NCBI GenBank assembly: GCA_030765455.1
Contig: JAVCCM010000101.1
Coordinates: 28,794 to 92,793, forward strand
Reading direction: 5' to 3'
DNA: 64,000 nucleotides
From: Candidatus Electryonea clarkiae
GTDB taxonomy: Bacteria > Electryoneota > Electryoneia > Electryoneales > Electryoneaceae
Shown: positions 19,623 to 30,004 of the stretch, piece by piece
Layout: the number at the start of each line of letters is the position of its first letter
Position numbering within the stretch: position 1 is the stretch's first letter
Program-made: the position numbers and the translations under genes
Notes under the pieces: generated by a model
What the model saw: the letters and a program-made list of their open reading frames with translations, nothing else
Database searches by the model: none
What the model was told of the DNA's origin: nothing

Positions 19623-22600
19623 ATGCGGCATCTATATCTTTTTCTAAGCTTTATCTTTTTCTGCCGGTTGGTACTTGCGGATGTTTCAGGTGAACCGGGG
19701 AAACCATTCCTGAAGACGTTCATTCCAGAGGAGTATGCATCTCACCCGCAGAACTGGGATGTTGCCCAGGATAGCCGTGGAATAATCTACATTGCCAATA
19801 CGCTTGGCATTTTGGAATATGACGGTATCAACTGGCGGACGATAAAACACCCAACAAAAGCATACTTTTATTCTGTCGCCATTAGTTCTGATGATATTAT
19901 TTACACTGGTTGCAGCGGAGATCTTGGTTACCTGAGACCCGATTCCTCATGTTCTTGGAGATTTACCTCGTTGCTTTCCGAGGTACCGGAAAAATTTAAA
20001 GATTTAGACCGGATCACTCATACTGTCGCCACTCAGCAAGGGATTTTTTTTCTTGGCAGACACTGTTTATTTCAATGGCAGCAGGAAGTTAAGAAGATTG
20101 GACATAGTGATGAAACTGATTATTCCGGCACTATGCGGGTTATTGAATTCAGCAAAGAAAATCCAATCACCTATATTGCTTACATAAATAATACCCTGAT
20201 CCTACGGCAATCCGGCTATGGATTGATGCAACTCCAGGACAATGAACTCATACCGTTGAATAAAGATTACGGGATATTTGCAGAGAAAAATGTTTCCTCC
20301 ATTATACCCTTTAATGAAGATGCCATAATGGTAACTACCTATAAACAAGGCATTTATCTCGTAACTGAAAAATCAGCACATCTGTACAGATCAGAAATCA
20401 CGGACTATGCAATAGATCATTTTACAAGAGGGTGTACACGCTTACCCGAAGATCGATATGTCCTTTCAACTAATAATATGGGGATAGTCCTTTTTGATCG
20501 TGAAGGGAATATCCTAAGTGTTATAAACAAATCATTGGGATTACCTGACAACAGCGTCCGTTCATCCTGCTTTCTTGATTTACAGGGCGGGCTTTGGGTG
20601 CCTTTGGATTACGGTTTAGCCAGGATTGAGCTGGAATCACCCCTGGTTTATTACGATGGCAAAGAGGGATTAGAAGGGTTTATCCTGGCGATTGCTCGGC
20701 ACAACGGGATCCTTCATGTTGGAACCGGTCAAGGTCTATATTACATGTCAATGCCGCGTCAATCAGGTGGTCTGGTAGATTTCAGAAAAATCAGGCAGAT
20801 AAATGATTTCTGCCGCGATCTTCTTTCATTCAGAGGACATCTGCTGGTTGCGACAGATGACGGCATTTATGAGGTTAAACCAGACAGATCACTTGATAGA
20901 TTGTATAAAGAGTGTACATGCAGGCTGATCGCATCTCAATCCGGCAATATGATATATGCAGGTACTATGGAACATGGTGTTCAAGTTTTTCTGTACCGTA
21001 ATAGCCGCTTTATCCCGCTGGGAAGAATAGAGCAAACTTCTGACCGCATCCGGCGCATTGTTGAAGATCGGTCAGGTGATCTATGGATTACCGCACAGAG
21101 CGCTCATCAATTTCACATAGAGAAGATCTCTGTTCAACAACGTAATCCGCTTTCATCAAAAGTCACAATATATGACAGTACCCGGGGTGTACCGGAAAAC
21201 TTTCAACAGGAACCATTTATCTGGCATGATCAACTTTTTGTAGGTGTGCTTTCAAGGGGCCTCTTGCGCTATAATGAAAAATCAGATCTTTTTGAACCGG
21301 ATTATTCCCTTGGCGAAGAAGTATTTTCAGAGCAGAGTGGAGTAGTTTACCCTGCAGTTGACGCCAGGGACCATCTCTGGTTTCTGATGGCAGATAATCT
21401 TGTGGCTCGAGCGGAAATAACAGATAAAGGAGAATGTCAATTAACTTATCCATTGCTTCGTGCTCTGACCAGAGATTACTACAAATTTTACCCGGACGGA
21501 GACGGATCGCTTGTATGGGCAGGCTCGTCTGATGGAAGATTAATTCGCTATGATGAAAAAGCTGATCATCCTGATACTACGGATTTCGCCGCGCTAATCA
21601 GAAAGGTTACTGTATCAGGCGATTCGGTTATTTACGGTGGTACTTTCATTCCGAATTGGGAAAATCCTGTCATTCCGTTCAGTTCCAATGCACTCCGATT
21701 TGATTATGCCATGCCGCGCTATAATGCAAGCGATGCCAATGAATATCAATACAGGATGGTCGGTCTGGATGATGACTGGTCCGGATGGACAAAGGAAAGC
21801 TATCGAGATTATACGAGTTTGCGGGAAGGCAATTACCGCTTTGAAGTCCACGGAAAAGATGTATTTGGTAGTATCAGTGATTCAGGCACATTCGATTTCC
21901 GAATATTGCCGCCCTGGTACAAAACAAACTGGATGTTTGCAGCTTATATCATCTCATTCATATTATTGGTATATGGGATAGTTGCTATACGTATTTACCG
22001 GATAGAGGCACAGAAGAGGCATCTTGAGAATATTGTCAAGCTAAGAACAACAGAACTTGCAGAGGCCAATTACAAAATCCAGCAATACAATGAACAACTG
22101 GAACAGGTGCTTGAGGAACGTACCCGTAACCTAATTCTTAGTGAAAGACAGGCGGTATTTGGTCAAATGGTGCAAGGCATTGTTCACAATTTGAGAAATC
22201 CCCTGACAGTAAGCAGTGGTGGTGTGCAGCTTCTTTCAATAATGACAGATAATGTGAGTAAAAGAAATTTAGATAACCGGAAAGAAACTGTAAGAGCACT
22301 TGATGATCTTGTAAAACAAGTAGTTGAGTCTGCAACATTGATTGAGGGTTCCAATAACAAATTGAACTCTATGATTACTTCAATGATGACTAAAAGCAGG
22401 ACTGATAAATCAGGAGATTCCGAGGTAGTTGACCTGAACTCAATAATTCGTACTGAGCTTGATTTCATGAAAGCAGATAATTTCTACAGGAATAAAGTAA
22501 AAAAAAGCATAAAATTATCCAAAAGATCTCTTTTAATCCAGGTTGTTCCAGGAGAACTGGCGCAGGTATTTGGAAATATTGTTCGCAATGCATTGGATGC

Positions 22601-22919
22601 AATGTATAATCTTGAAAAGCCTTCTCTTAGTATTAGCACTCGGTTCGAGAATAAAAAAACACAATTTGTAATTTCAGATAACGGGCCCGGTATTCCCAAC
22701 GATATTATTGACAGAATATTCGATCCTTTCTTCACGACAAAAATGGCGGCGGAAGATAAAGAAGATTCACCCGAACAACCATCCGGAACGGGATTGGGAT
22801 TATGGATGTGCCGCGAAGCGATTGAAAGCTTCGATGGAAGTATAAAAGTCAGCAGCGAAACAGGCAAGGGAGCTACTTTTTCAATTACCTTGCCTCTTCA
22901 CACCGAAAAATCTTCATAA
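19623..22919 (+). CDS. Sensor histidine kinase with a periplasmic two-component-regulator beta-propeller (Reg_prop-like repeats) and Y_Y_Y domain, one TM helix, HisKA and HATPase_c
   Basis: Signal peptide. TM helix WMFAAYIISFILLVYGIVAI. H-box IVHNLRNPL. N, G1 and G2 boxes (RNALDAM, DNGPGIP, GTGLGLW). No fused receiver or AraC domain. Confidence 0.85.
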   Translation: MRHLYLFLSFIFFCRLVLADVSGEPGKPFLKTFIPEEYASHPQNWDVAQDSRGIIYIANTLGILEYDGINWRTIKHPTKAYFYSVAISSDDIIYTGCSGDLGYLRPDSSCSWRFTSLLSEVPEKFKDLDRITHTVATQQGIFFLGRHCLFQWQQEVKKIGHSDETDYSGTMRVIEFSKENPITYIAYINNTLILRQSGYGLMQLQDNELIPLNKDYGIFAEKNVSSIIPFNEDAIMVTTYKQGIYLVTEKSAHLYRSEITDYAIDHFTRGCTRLPEDRYVLSTNNMGIVLFDREGNILSVINKSLGLPDNSVRSSCFLDLQGGLWVPLDYGLARIELESPLVYYDGKEGLEGFILAIARHNGILHVGTGQGLYYMSMPRQSGGLVDFRKIRQINDFCRDLLSFRGHLLVATDDGIYEVKPDRSLDRLYKECTCRLIASQSGNMIYAGTMEHGVQVFLYRNSRFIPLGRIEQTSDRIRRIVEDRSGDLWITAQSAHQFHIEKISVQQRNPLSSKVTIYDSTRGVPENFQQEPFIWHDQLFVGVLSRGLLRYNEKSDLFEPDYSLGEEVFSEQSGVVYPAVDARDHLWFLMADNLVARAEITDKGECQLTYPLLRALTRDYYKFYPDGDGSLVWAGSSDGRLIRYDEKADHPDTTDFAALIRKVTVSGDSVIYGGTFIPNWENPVIPFSSNALRFDYAMPRYNASDANEYQYRMVGLDDDWSGWTKESYRDYTSLREGNYRFEVHGKDVFGSISDSGTFDFRILPPWYKTNWMFAAYIISFILLVYGIVAIRIYRIEAQKRHLENIVKLRTTELAEANYKIQQYNEQLEQVLEERTRNLILSERQAVFGQMVQGIVHNLRNPLTVSSGGVQLLSIMTDNVSKRNLDNRKETVRALDDLVKQVVESATLIEGSNNKLNSMITSMMTKSRTDKSGDSEVVDLNSIIRTELDFMKADNFYRNKVKKSIKLSKRSLLIQVVPGELAQVFGNIVRNALDAMYNLEKPSLSISTRFENKKTQFVISDNGPGIPNDIIDRIFDPFFTTKMAAEDKEDSPEQPSGTGLGLWMCREAIESFDGSIKVSSETGKGATFSITLPLHTEKSS

Positions 22920-22963
22920 TAATATTCAGTAATTTCATTCACTGGTTGAACAGGGAATCCAGC

Positions 22964-23485
22964 CTAAAATCCTCCTCTTTTACCTCCTCTTTCTCCTCTT
23001 GGAGGACGAGGTCCGTAACCGCCCTTCATCTCATTTATGATTTCCCGCATACGTTTGGGAAACCTGTGCTGAAATATTACCAATTTTGCCTGTTGATTTT
23101 TTGAAAGAATATCGGTTGAGTTATTGATCAATTCCTTGTTTTTGTCGTGCATGGATTGTGTCAATTTTTCATGCCGGGCAATCAATTCATCAATTTTATC
23201 GTCATTTCCAGCCTTGACTACTTCTCGTAAAGCTTCGATATTTTCATGAATTTTGTCTTCAATGCCTTTGATTTCTTTCTCAAATTCGCGAAAACGCGGG
23301 AAAAAACGAGCTGATTGCTCTTCGGTCAACTCAAGAGTTTCAGTTAATTTCCATATCTTCATCGACTGGATACGTTCTCGAACCCGCCGGTCATTTTTTG
23401 GGCCGGGCTCCATGCCAGGTTGGCTGAACGCTGAAAAAGCAAACAACAAAACCAGCAAAGTGATAATAAAAGTCCTCGTTCTCAT
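22964..23485 (-). CDS. Periplasmic Spy/CpxP-like LTXXQ-motif protein
   Basis: Signal peptide. LELTEEQSARF LTXXQ motif. Gly/Arg-rich C-terminus. Downstream of the ECF sigma/anti-sigma pair. Confidence 0.75.
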   Translation of the reverse strand: MRTRTFIITLLVLLFAFSAFSQPGMEPGPKNDRRVRERIQSMKIWKLTETLELTEEQSARFFPRFREFEKEIKGIEDKIHENIEALREVVKAGNDDKIDELIARHEKLTQSMHDKNKELINNSTDILSKNQQAKLVIFQHRFPKRMREIINEMKGGYGPRPPRGERGGKRGGF

Positions 23486-23509
23486 TATATATTCCTCCTT
23501 TTGCCTAAG

Positions 23510-23971
23510 CTATAGAAGCTCGACATTTCTAATCCTGTCCAATGTTTCTTCCAGCAAATCATCTTCAAATCCCATCAAAATGTCCTCGGGATCATCAACA
23601 TAATCTTCCTGCATCGCAAAGTATAGCTCCGAAGTATTATCATCCAGAAGCGTCACGGCAATATCATCTAACTCAATTCCATCTTCCTCGATTTGTTCTT
23701 CAATCAAAGTCATATCGTATGATTCTGCAAGCAGGTCAGGCTGGGCTGTCGTCCCGGAATATCGATCAAGGAAATCAGCTCCTTTCCAAACCGCGAACGT
23801 AAGCAGGAACGCACCGACTACAGAAGAAATCATGCTGATCTGAGCCTGCCTTTTTCTTCGAAAGTGAGAAATGATTTTGATCTGTTCAACAAATCCATCG
23901 TCAGCAGAAGGTGTGAATTCAACATTCCTGTATGCTTCGATGTAACGATTAATCTTCTCATGATTTTCCAT
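23510..23971 (-). CDS. Putative anti-sigma factor (single TM helix, acidic periplasmic domain)
   Basis: Position between the ECF sigma and the LTXXQ gene, 4 nt after the sigma stop. TM helix MISSVVGAFLLTFAVW. Confidence 0.5.
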   Translation of the reverse strand: MENHEKINRYIEAYRNVEFTPSADDGFVEQIKIISHFRRKRQAQISMISSVVGAFLLTFAVWKGADFLDRYSGTTAQPDLLAESYDMTLIEEQIEEDGIELDDIAVTLLDDNTSELYFAMQEDYVDDPEDILMGFEDDLLEETLDRIRNVELL

Positions 23972-23974
23972 AAT

Positions 23975-24670
23975 TTACTCCTCGAGAAGAATCCTTAATT
24001 TTTTTAAACCCTGGTGTACGTTAGCCTTTGCGCCACCAATACTTATGCCCATAACCTCAGCAATGTCTTTGTAGGGCATTTCACGAATTGTTCTCAGAAT
24101 TACAGCAGTTCTCTGGCGAGTGGGTAGTTTTGAAAGCCCACGATGGGCATGTTTTGCCAGGTCTTTCCACTCTATGTTTTGTTCAGGCGATGCCTGGGTG
24201 AGAGCTTCTGCAGGTGGAAGTTCTCCCTGATCATTACTTCTTTGCATTCTCCACCGTTTTATACGACGTGTATAACTTATGGAGATGTTAATAGCGATTC
24301 TGTATAACCAGGTTCGAGGATGGGCGTCGCCTCGAAAAGAACTCAAATTGTTATACGCCTTGATAAAGGTTTCCTGTGTCAGATCTTCAGCCTCAGACAC
24401 ATTCCCGCTGATACGGGTACATAAATCGTGAATTTCTGATTTATAAAGATTTACAAGTTCGATAAACGCCTTTTCCCTGTCTGCTCTGAGGAGTTCCATC
24501 CAATCAGATGTATTGGCGGAAACAGATTTGGGATTTGCAGGCATAATTCTTTTCACTAATGGATTGCCATTAACAGGCAAATTGACGGCATTAATTCTAT
24601 ATTTCAATGAGTCCGTGGGACCAAATTGGTCACGCAAAAGACTATTATCATTGATTATAGTTGAATTCAT
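23975..24670 (-). CDS. RNA polymerase ECF-type sigma-70 factor
   Basis: Region 2 (LTQETFIKAYNNLSSFRG...TWLYRIAIN) and region 4 (LPTRQRTAVILRTIREMPYKDIAEVMG). The listed start is probably too far upstream; likely internal ATG near 24544 or 24499. Confidence 0.85.
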   Translation of the reverse strand: MNSTIINDNSLLRDQFGPTDSLKYRINAVNLPVNGNPLVKRIMPANPKSVSANTSDWMELLRADREKAFIELVNLYKSEIHDLCTRISGNVSEAEDLTQETFIKAYNNLSSFRGDAHPRTWLYRIAINISISYTRRIKRWRMQRSNDQGELPPAEALTQASPEQNIEWKDLAKHAHRGLSKLPTRQRTAVILRTIREMPYKDIAEVMGISIGGAKANVHQGLKKLRILLEE

Positions 24671-24888
24671 TGAAATTCCATTAAAACTCGTTTGCCAGGC
24701 AGCTTGTCCTGCACTGTTTATCTGACGCTTAATATTAAGCCGGGTTTAATGGATATTTCTCTTGATGGATATTTACGTGTATTATTTTTTTTTCATGCAG
24801 AAGATTTTTATTGCTGAATCCCCGCTGCTACCTATCGAAGGGGAGACACAGGGGGAGAGATACTTTCTTATCACCCATAAAATATATG

Positions 24889-26661
24889 TTATTCAGCAGA
24901 ATAAACAATCTCTCCATCAACAATTGTATATAGTACTTTTATGTCTAACAGCCATTTATACGATTTGGATTGCTGCTCATTGTGCCCTGATGATTTTGAT
25001 AGTCCCGGATCCCCTGCGTTTTTTACGTCATCCAGGATCTCCATAAAGTCATCACCTTTAACAATTGTTAAATCCGCAAGTTTTCCAACCTCGATGGTAC
25101 CGGTTTCCTTCTCTGAAAAACCGGCATATGCAGCATGGATCGTATAACCCTTTACCGCTTCCAACAGTGTCATTTTTTGTTCCGGATACCAGCCATTATC
25201 AGGAAAACCGTTATGATCCATACGGGTAACAGCGGCAAAAATTCCCCAGAATGGATTAACTGATTCCACCGGTGCATCGGAGCCACAGGGAATAAACGAG
25301 CCTTGTTCCATCAGGCTCCTCCAGGCATAAGCGCCTTTTATTCGATCTATGCCAACACGGTCTTCAGCCCAATACATGTCCGAAGTAGCATGAATCGGCT
25401 GCATTGAAGGTATGATACCAAGGTTGGCAAATCGGGAAATATCCTCAGGAGCAACAACCTGGGCATGCTCAATTCTGAACCGATGATCTGCTACCGGGAC
25501 CTTTTTCAAAGCCTTCTCATACGCATCCAGAGTATTTCGATTTCCCCTGTCACCAATGGCGTGTGTGCAGATCTGAAATCCATTTTCAAGGGCTTTTACT
25601 GCTTGATTATACATAAAATCAGGTTGGTTGACTATTAATCCCGTATTCCCTATATCGTCCGAATATGGCTCAAGCAATGCAGCTCCTCTTGATCCAAGAG
25701 CGCCGTCAACGTAAAGTTTGATAGCCTCTATCCTCAATCTCTTTCGTGGATCTCGATTTACACCTTTGCTGATATATTTTTCAACCAGGACTTCGTCATC
25801 ACCATCCAGCATTCCATAAATTTTTAGATTTAACTCATTACTTTCTTCAAGCGCCTGGAGAGCTTCTATTGCACTTGTATCCAGACCGGCGTCATGCATT
25901 CCCACTAATCCAAACCGGTTGCATTCCTTTATTCCTTTTCGAGCCCATTCCTGGTATTCTGATTTTGTTGCTTTCGGAACATGTGTCCTGATCAGTTCAA
26001 TTGCTTTATCTAATAGAATTCCCGTAGGAAAACCGTTTTCGTCCCTGATTATTTTCCCGCCATCAGGATCAATTGTATTTTGATCTATTCCACAAATCTC
26101 GAGTGTTTTTTTGTTTACCCAGGCAGCATGACCATCAACTCGCCGTAGATAAACCGGATGAGATTCCGTTCCTGCCAAATCTTTGAATGATGGGAATTCT
26201 CTTATCTTCCAGTCATTTTGATCCCATCCGCGACCCTTTATCCACACGTTTTCAGCATCAGTTTCGATCTCTTTCAGTACCATTTCCCTGACATTTTCAT
26301 GAGATGTAGTCCCAATAAGATTCAGTTGCGATAATGAACGACCAAGGCCTGTTAAATGAGCATGGGTATCAACTAACCCCGGCAGGACAGTGCTTCCCTG
26401 GAGATCGAAAATTTTTGTATTGCAGCCTTTTAGTGCTTTCGCATCTTCTGCCTTTCCAACAAAAACGATACGGTTTCCTTTGACAGCGATTGCTTCAGCC
26501 AGAGGTTGTGAAGGATTTAAAGTTAGTACTTTGCAGTTTGTAAAGATCATATTGGCACACCGGGGATTTGCACAGGAATTTAAAGAAAAAACTGAATAAG
26601 TAAAAAAAGCAAACAGTATTAATATATTACATAACGATCTGTTAACCTGGATTCGATACAT
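24889..26661 (-). CDS. Amidohydrolase-3 family metal-dependent hydrolase, probable lipoprotein or secreted
   Basis: VDTHAHL metal-binding motif. Amidohydro_3-like length. Signal peptide with an LNSC lipobox-like motif when started at ATG 26661. Confidence 0.8.
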   Translation of the reverse strand: MYRIQVNRSLCNILILFAFFTYSVFSLNSCANPRCANMIFTNCKVLTLNPSQPLAEAIAVKGNRIVFVGKAEDAKALKGCNTKIFDLQGSTVLPGLVDTHAHLTGLGRSLSQLNLIGTTSHENVREMVLKEIETDAENVWIKGRGWDQNDWKIREFPSFKDLAGTESHPVYLRRVDGHAAWVNKKTLEICGIDQNTIDPDGGKIIRDENGFPTGILLDKAIELIRTHVPKATKSEYQEWARKGIKECNRFGLVGMHDAGLDTSAIEALQALEESNELNLKIYGMLDGDDEVLVEKYISKGVNRDPRKRLRIEAIKLYVDGALGSRGAALLEPYSDDIGNTGLIVNQPDFMYNQAVKALENGFQICTHAIGDRGNRNTLDAYEKALKKVPVADHRFRIEHAQVVAPEDISRFANLGIIPSMQPIHATSDMYWAEDRVGIDRIKGAYAWRSLMEQGSFIPCGSDAPVESVNPFWGIFAAVTRMDHNGFPDNGWYPEQKMTLLEAVKGYTIHAAYAGFSEKETGTIEVGKLADLTIVKGDDFMEILDDVKNAGDPGLSKSSGHNEQQSKSYKWLLDIKVLYTIVDGEIVYSAE

Positions 26662-26807
26662 GGGAATTTTAGCTGACATAATGCGACTCATGAAAATAAA
26701 TTTTAATTGAAATTGTGTTTCAGACAAAGACGAAAGGAGTTAAAGATAGTCAGTTGTTCGATATCTTGCATATCCCTTAAAACTTGTACTGGTATGTCCT
26801 GGTCATG

Positions 26808-27887
26808 TCAATCCAACAATTTTCTTCCGCAGAAAATTCCTAATGCTTCTGCAGTATGAATTAGTTCGCCTTCGGGATTGACAAGTTTCTGCTTTCCGGC
26901 AGCTTCAGTGATCAGCACATCATTAATGCTTCTTCCCTGGAGAGTAACCATTCGTCCGAATTTCTCCTCTTTTACCAGCTCAGCGGCATGAACCCCGAAT
27001 CTTGTTCCCAGCATCCTGTCAAAGCATGTCGGACCACCCCCTCGCTGCAAATGCCCCAGAATAGTTGTACGGACATCGACATTAAGGTGTTTACGTACCA
27101 TTCCTGCGAACCATGGGGCTGGACTATCAGTATCTCGTCGTTTTTCATAAGTTTCTGTGGGATGGGGAGCAGGAACGGCTGCTTCAGCTAAGACCGCAAT
27201 ACAAAACGTACTGCCTCGTGCGTAGCGCGTCCTGATATATTTTAGTGCTGCATCCAGATCGTATGGGATCTCCGGAATTAAGATCAAATCTGCTCCACCT
27301 GAAACTCCAGCTTCCAGAGCAATCCAGCCTGCATCACGTCCCATGACTTCGAGTACCATTGTCCTGTGATGCGCTTCAGCCGTAGTATGCAGCTTGTCTA
27401 TCGCGTCGGTAGCTGTGGTAACTGCTGTATTAAAACCAAAAGTCACATCTGTGACCATCAGATCATTATCGATAGTTTTCGGGACTCCTACAACAGGCAT
27501 CCCTTTTTCAAAGAATTTCTGTGTAATTGCCATAGTTCCATCACCACCGATAGCGATCAGGGCATCAAGTCCCAGGGACTCAAAGTTTTCCATACACTTA
27601 TCGGACACATCCAATGTAGTGGTGGTGCCATCGAGATTCTTGTAATCGTATTCGAAAGGGTTGCCGCGATTAGTGGTCCCTAAAATAGTACCACCCTTGG
27701 GAAGTATGCCGCGTACAAAAGCCTCATCAAGTTTTACTATATGGCGGGTATCAATAAGTCCATGGAAACCGTCCTCAATTCCGATAACATCCCAATGGTA
27801 CTTTCTCCTTGCCGTTTTCACGACAGCCCGGATGACGGCGTTTAGTCCGGGAGCATCGCCCCCTCCAGTGGTGATTCCGATTCTCAT
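26808..27887 (-). CDS. pfkA: 6-phosphofructokinase (PfkA family)
   Basis: MRIGITTGGGDAPGLNAVIRAV, GGDGT and PKTIDND. Start at ATG 27887 with GGGAGA upstream; the listed upstream extension is not PFK-like. Confidence 0.9.
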   Translation of the reverse strand: MRIGITTGGGDAPGLNAVIRAVVKTARRKYHWDVIGIEDGFHGLIDTRHIVKLDEAFVRGILPKGGTILGTTNRGNPFEYDYKNLDGTTTTLDVSDKCMENFESLGLDALIAIGGDGTMAITQKFFEKGMPVVGVPKTIDNDLMVTDVTFGFNTAVTTATDAIDKLHTTAEAHHRTMVLEVMGRDAGWIALEAGVSGGADLILIPEIPYDLDAALKYIRTRYARGSTFCIAVLAEAAVPAPHPTETYEKRRDTDSPAPWFAGMVRKHLNVDVRTTILGHLQRGGGPTCFDRMLGTRFGVHAAELVKEEKFGRMVTLQGRSINDVLITEAAGKQKLVNPEGELIHTAEALGIFCGRKLLD

Positions 27888-28145
27888 GCCAAATCTCCCA
27901 TTTATACGGCATTTACTAACTTTAAGAAAACAAGTACCTAAAAAAATATCGGGAACAGACAGACTCATTGTGTGAAAAAGTTCAATTTGAACGAAAAGAC
28001 GAAAGAAACACAACTCTTTTAGAAGAAAGATATTTATATTGAGAGAAATACAAAGCTCCATCACAAAGAAGATCATGATGCAACCTTTTCATTTTATCAT
28101 GGTAATATTTTAAACATGAGAAGCGAATAAAGGATGATTCATTAA

Positions 28146-29903
28146 TTGAATACAATCGTCAATAAATTGATTTTTAAAATACTGATCGCAATAATCAGCT
28201 TCTTTTATACCTCCTCAATCCAAAGCTCCGAAATATCCAGCCCGCCTGAAAATCGAAAAGTAAGAATACATAAAATTCACTTTTCAGGTTTGGAAACCCT
28301 GGGCAGCAATGACATTTTGTCGGTAGTAGAACTCGAAGAAGGGGAATCATATCCTATTGGTTTTCTCGAATTCTTCGGAGATACACTGATAAAAAAGCTT
28401 CGTGGGGAATTGAACAAACCTTTTGCGCAAATCCTGGAATACGACCGGAAATATGGAAAAGATTCAAGTTATGTGGAATTGAATTTTATTATTGATGAAG
28501 GGCATTCAGCAATTGTTGACACCGTTATGATATACGGTCCTCTCGGGGGCCGGCAGTCGGAAGTATTTGATAAACTAAGGACTCATCAAGGAGAATTATT
28601 CGACCCGAGGCGCTGGGACGGCGACATGGAAACGTCACTCGAATATTTTGAATCCCAGGGTCATCCATTTGTGCAGATATTGACTTACCCTCTCGAGCCC
28701 GATTTTCGCTCCGGGAAAGTTGGTCTCAATCTTGGAATGAAGATTAATCCCGGTCGGGTGGTTACCCTCGAAAGAGTAGAAATCGCAGGTCTTACCAAAA
28801 CACGACCCAAAACTGCCGGAAGGGCGCTGGGGCTGGAGCCGGGGATTCGTTTTGATCCTGTGGTAAATTCCCGCGCAGGGAGACGATTGGAACGGACCGG
28901 ATGGTTTTCTGAAGTCAGTCAGCCTCGCCTTTTCCATGACAATTACGGCGCTTACGGAATTGTTTACGAAGTTCAGGAACAATCCACCAGTACTGTCACA
29001 GGAGCTTTGGGTTATGTCCCAAGGCAGGAGAGTGGGGGTGAGTTGGCTGGAAACCTGGATGCAAGATTTTCAAATCTCCTCGGAACGGGACGGGAATTCT
29101 CGCTTAACTGGCGCAGGGACAGTGATTCACAGAGTTCATTCGCATTGGGTTATATGGAGCCCTGGTTGTTTGGCAAGCCCCTGGATTTGAACCTTGGGTT
29201 TTCGCAGGAAGTGATAGAGTCGTTGTATGTTGCGCTTGAGTATGAAGCCGGGTTGACCTTGCGTATGGGTGATTTCTGGTCATTGGGAGGAGCCGGGCAG
29301 CAACGATTTGTATCAGCCGACAGCGCTGCTTCCGGTATTGACAGTTTATCATATAATCTCACTGGTGTTCGGGCTTTCTTGAGCATGGATTCCCGTGACT
29401 ATCCCGATAATCCGAGCACGGGGAGTCGTTGGATAATTAGATCGAGCCGGTATTCAGCGTCAAAAAAGGCTGAATTTGATGTTTTGTACAAAAACAGCTT
29501 CGAATTTGAAAAGGCGATTGAATTGCGTCCTTCCCTGGTTGGTTTTTCAGGACTGCATTATGAAGAAACCAAGGTAGAGAGTGAAACTGTTCCCCCGGCA
29601 GAATGGGTACGTATTGGCGGAGCTTCAACGGTTCGGGGATTTGCGGAGCGCAGTCTCTCTGCTCCTCGAGCAGGATGGATAAATCTTGAATTGAGACAAT
29701 TGACCGGTAGAGATAGCAGGGTTTTTCTTCTTTCAGACATTGCAGTTCTGGAAATTCCTGTCGAGACAGTATGGGAATTCTCATACGGCGGTGGAGTCCT
29801 GGTTAATACCGCCGCAGGTTTAATTACCACAGCAGTGGCATTGCCGGCGGGAGAGGGCTGGACTGCTGCGGTCGTTCATGCCTCCGTAGCGGCAAGATTT
29901 TGA
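28146..29903 (+). CDS. Omp85-superfamily outer membrane protein (BamA/TamA-like; POTRA region plus surface-antigen barrel)
   Basis: Signal peptide. C-terminal barrel with a VRGF motif. 585 aa. Confidence 0.8.
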   Translation: MNTIVNKLIFKILIAIISFFYTSSIQSSEISSPPENRKVRIHKIHFSGLETLGSNDILSVVELEEGESYPIGFLEFFGDTLIKKLRGELNKPFAQILEYDRKYGKDSSYVELNFIIDEGHSAIVDTVMIYGPLGGRQSEVFDKLRTHQGELFDPRRWDGDMETSLEYFESQGHPFVQILTYPLEPDFRSGKVGLNLGMKINPGRVVTLERVEIAGLTKTRPKTAGRALGLEPGIRFDPVVNSRAGRRLERTGWFSEVSQPRLFHDNYGAYGIVYEVQEQSTSTVTGALGYVPRQESGGELAGNLDARFSNLLGTGREFSLNWRRDSDSQSSFALGYMEPWLFGKPLDLNLGFSQEVIESLYVALEYEAGLTLRMGDFWSLGGAGQQRFVSADSAASGIDSLSYNLTGVRAFLSMDSRDYPDNPSTGSRWIIRSSRYSASKKAEFDVLYKNSFEFEKAIELRPSLVGFSGLHYEETKVESETVPPAEWVRIGGASTVRGFAERSLSAPRAGWINLELRQLTGRDSRVFLLSDIAVLEIPVETVWEFSYGGGVLVNTAAGLITTAVALPAGEGWTAAVVHASVAARF

Positions 29904-30004
29904 AGAACTATTTTACTATATTCAATATTGATTATGTTCACTGTGTTCAGTGATTAAATATATTAGTAATTCTTGTTTAGAAAAGTGACCAAAAGGAGCG
30001 TCAA

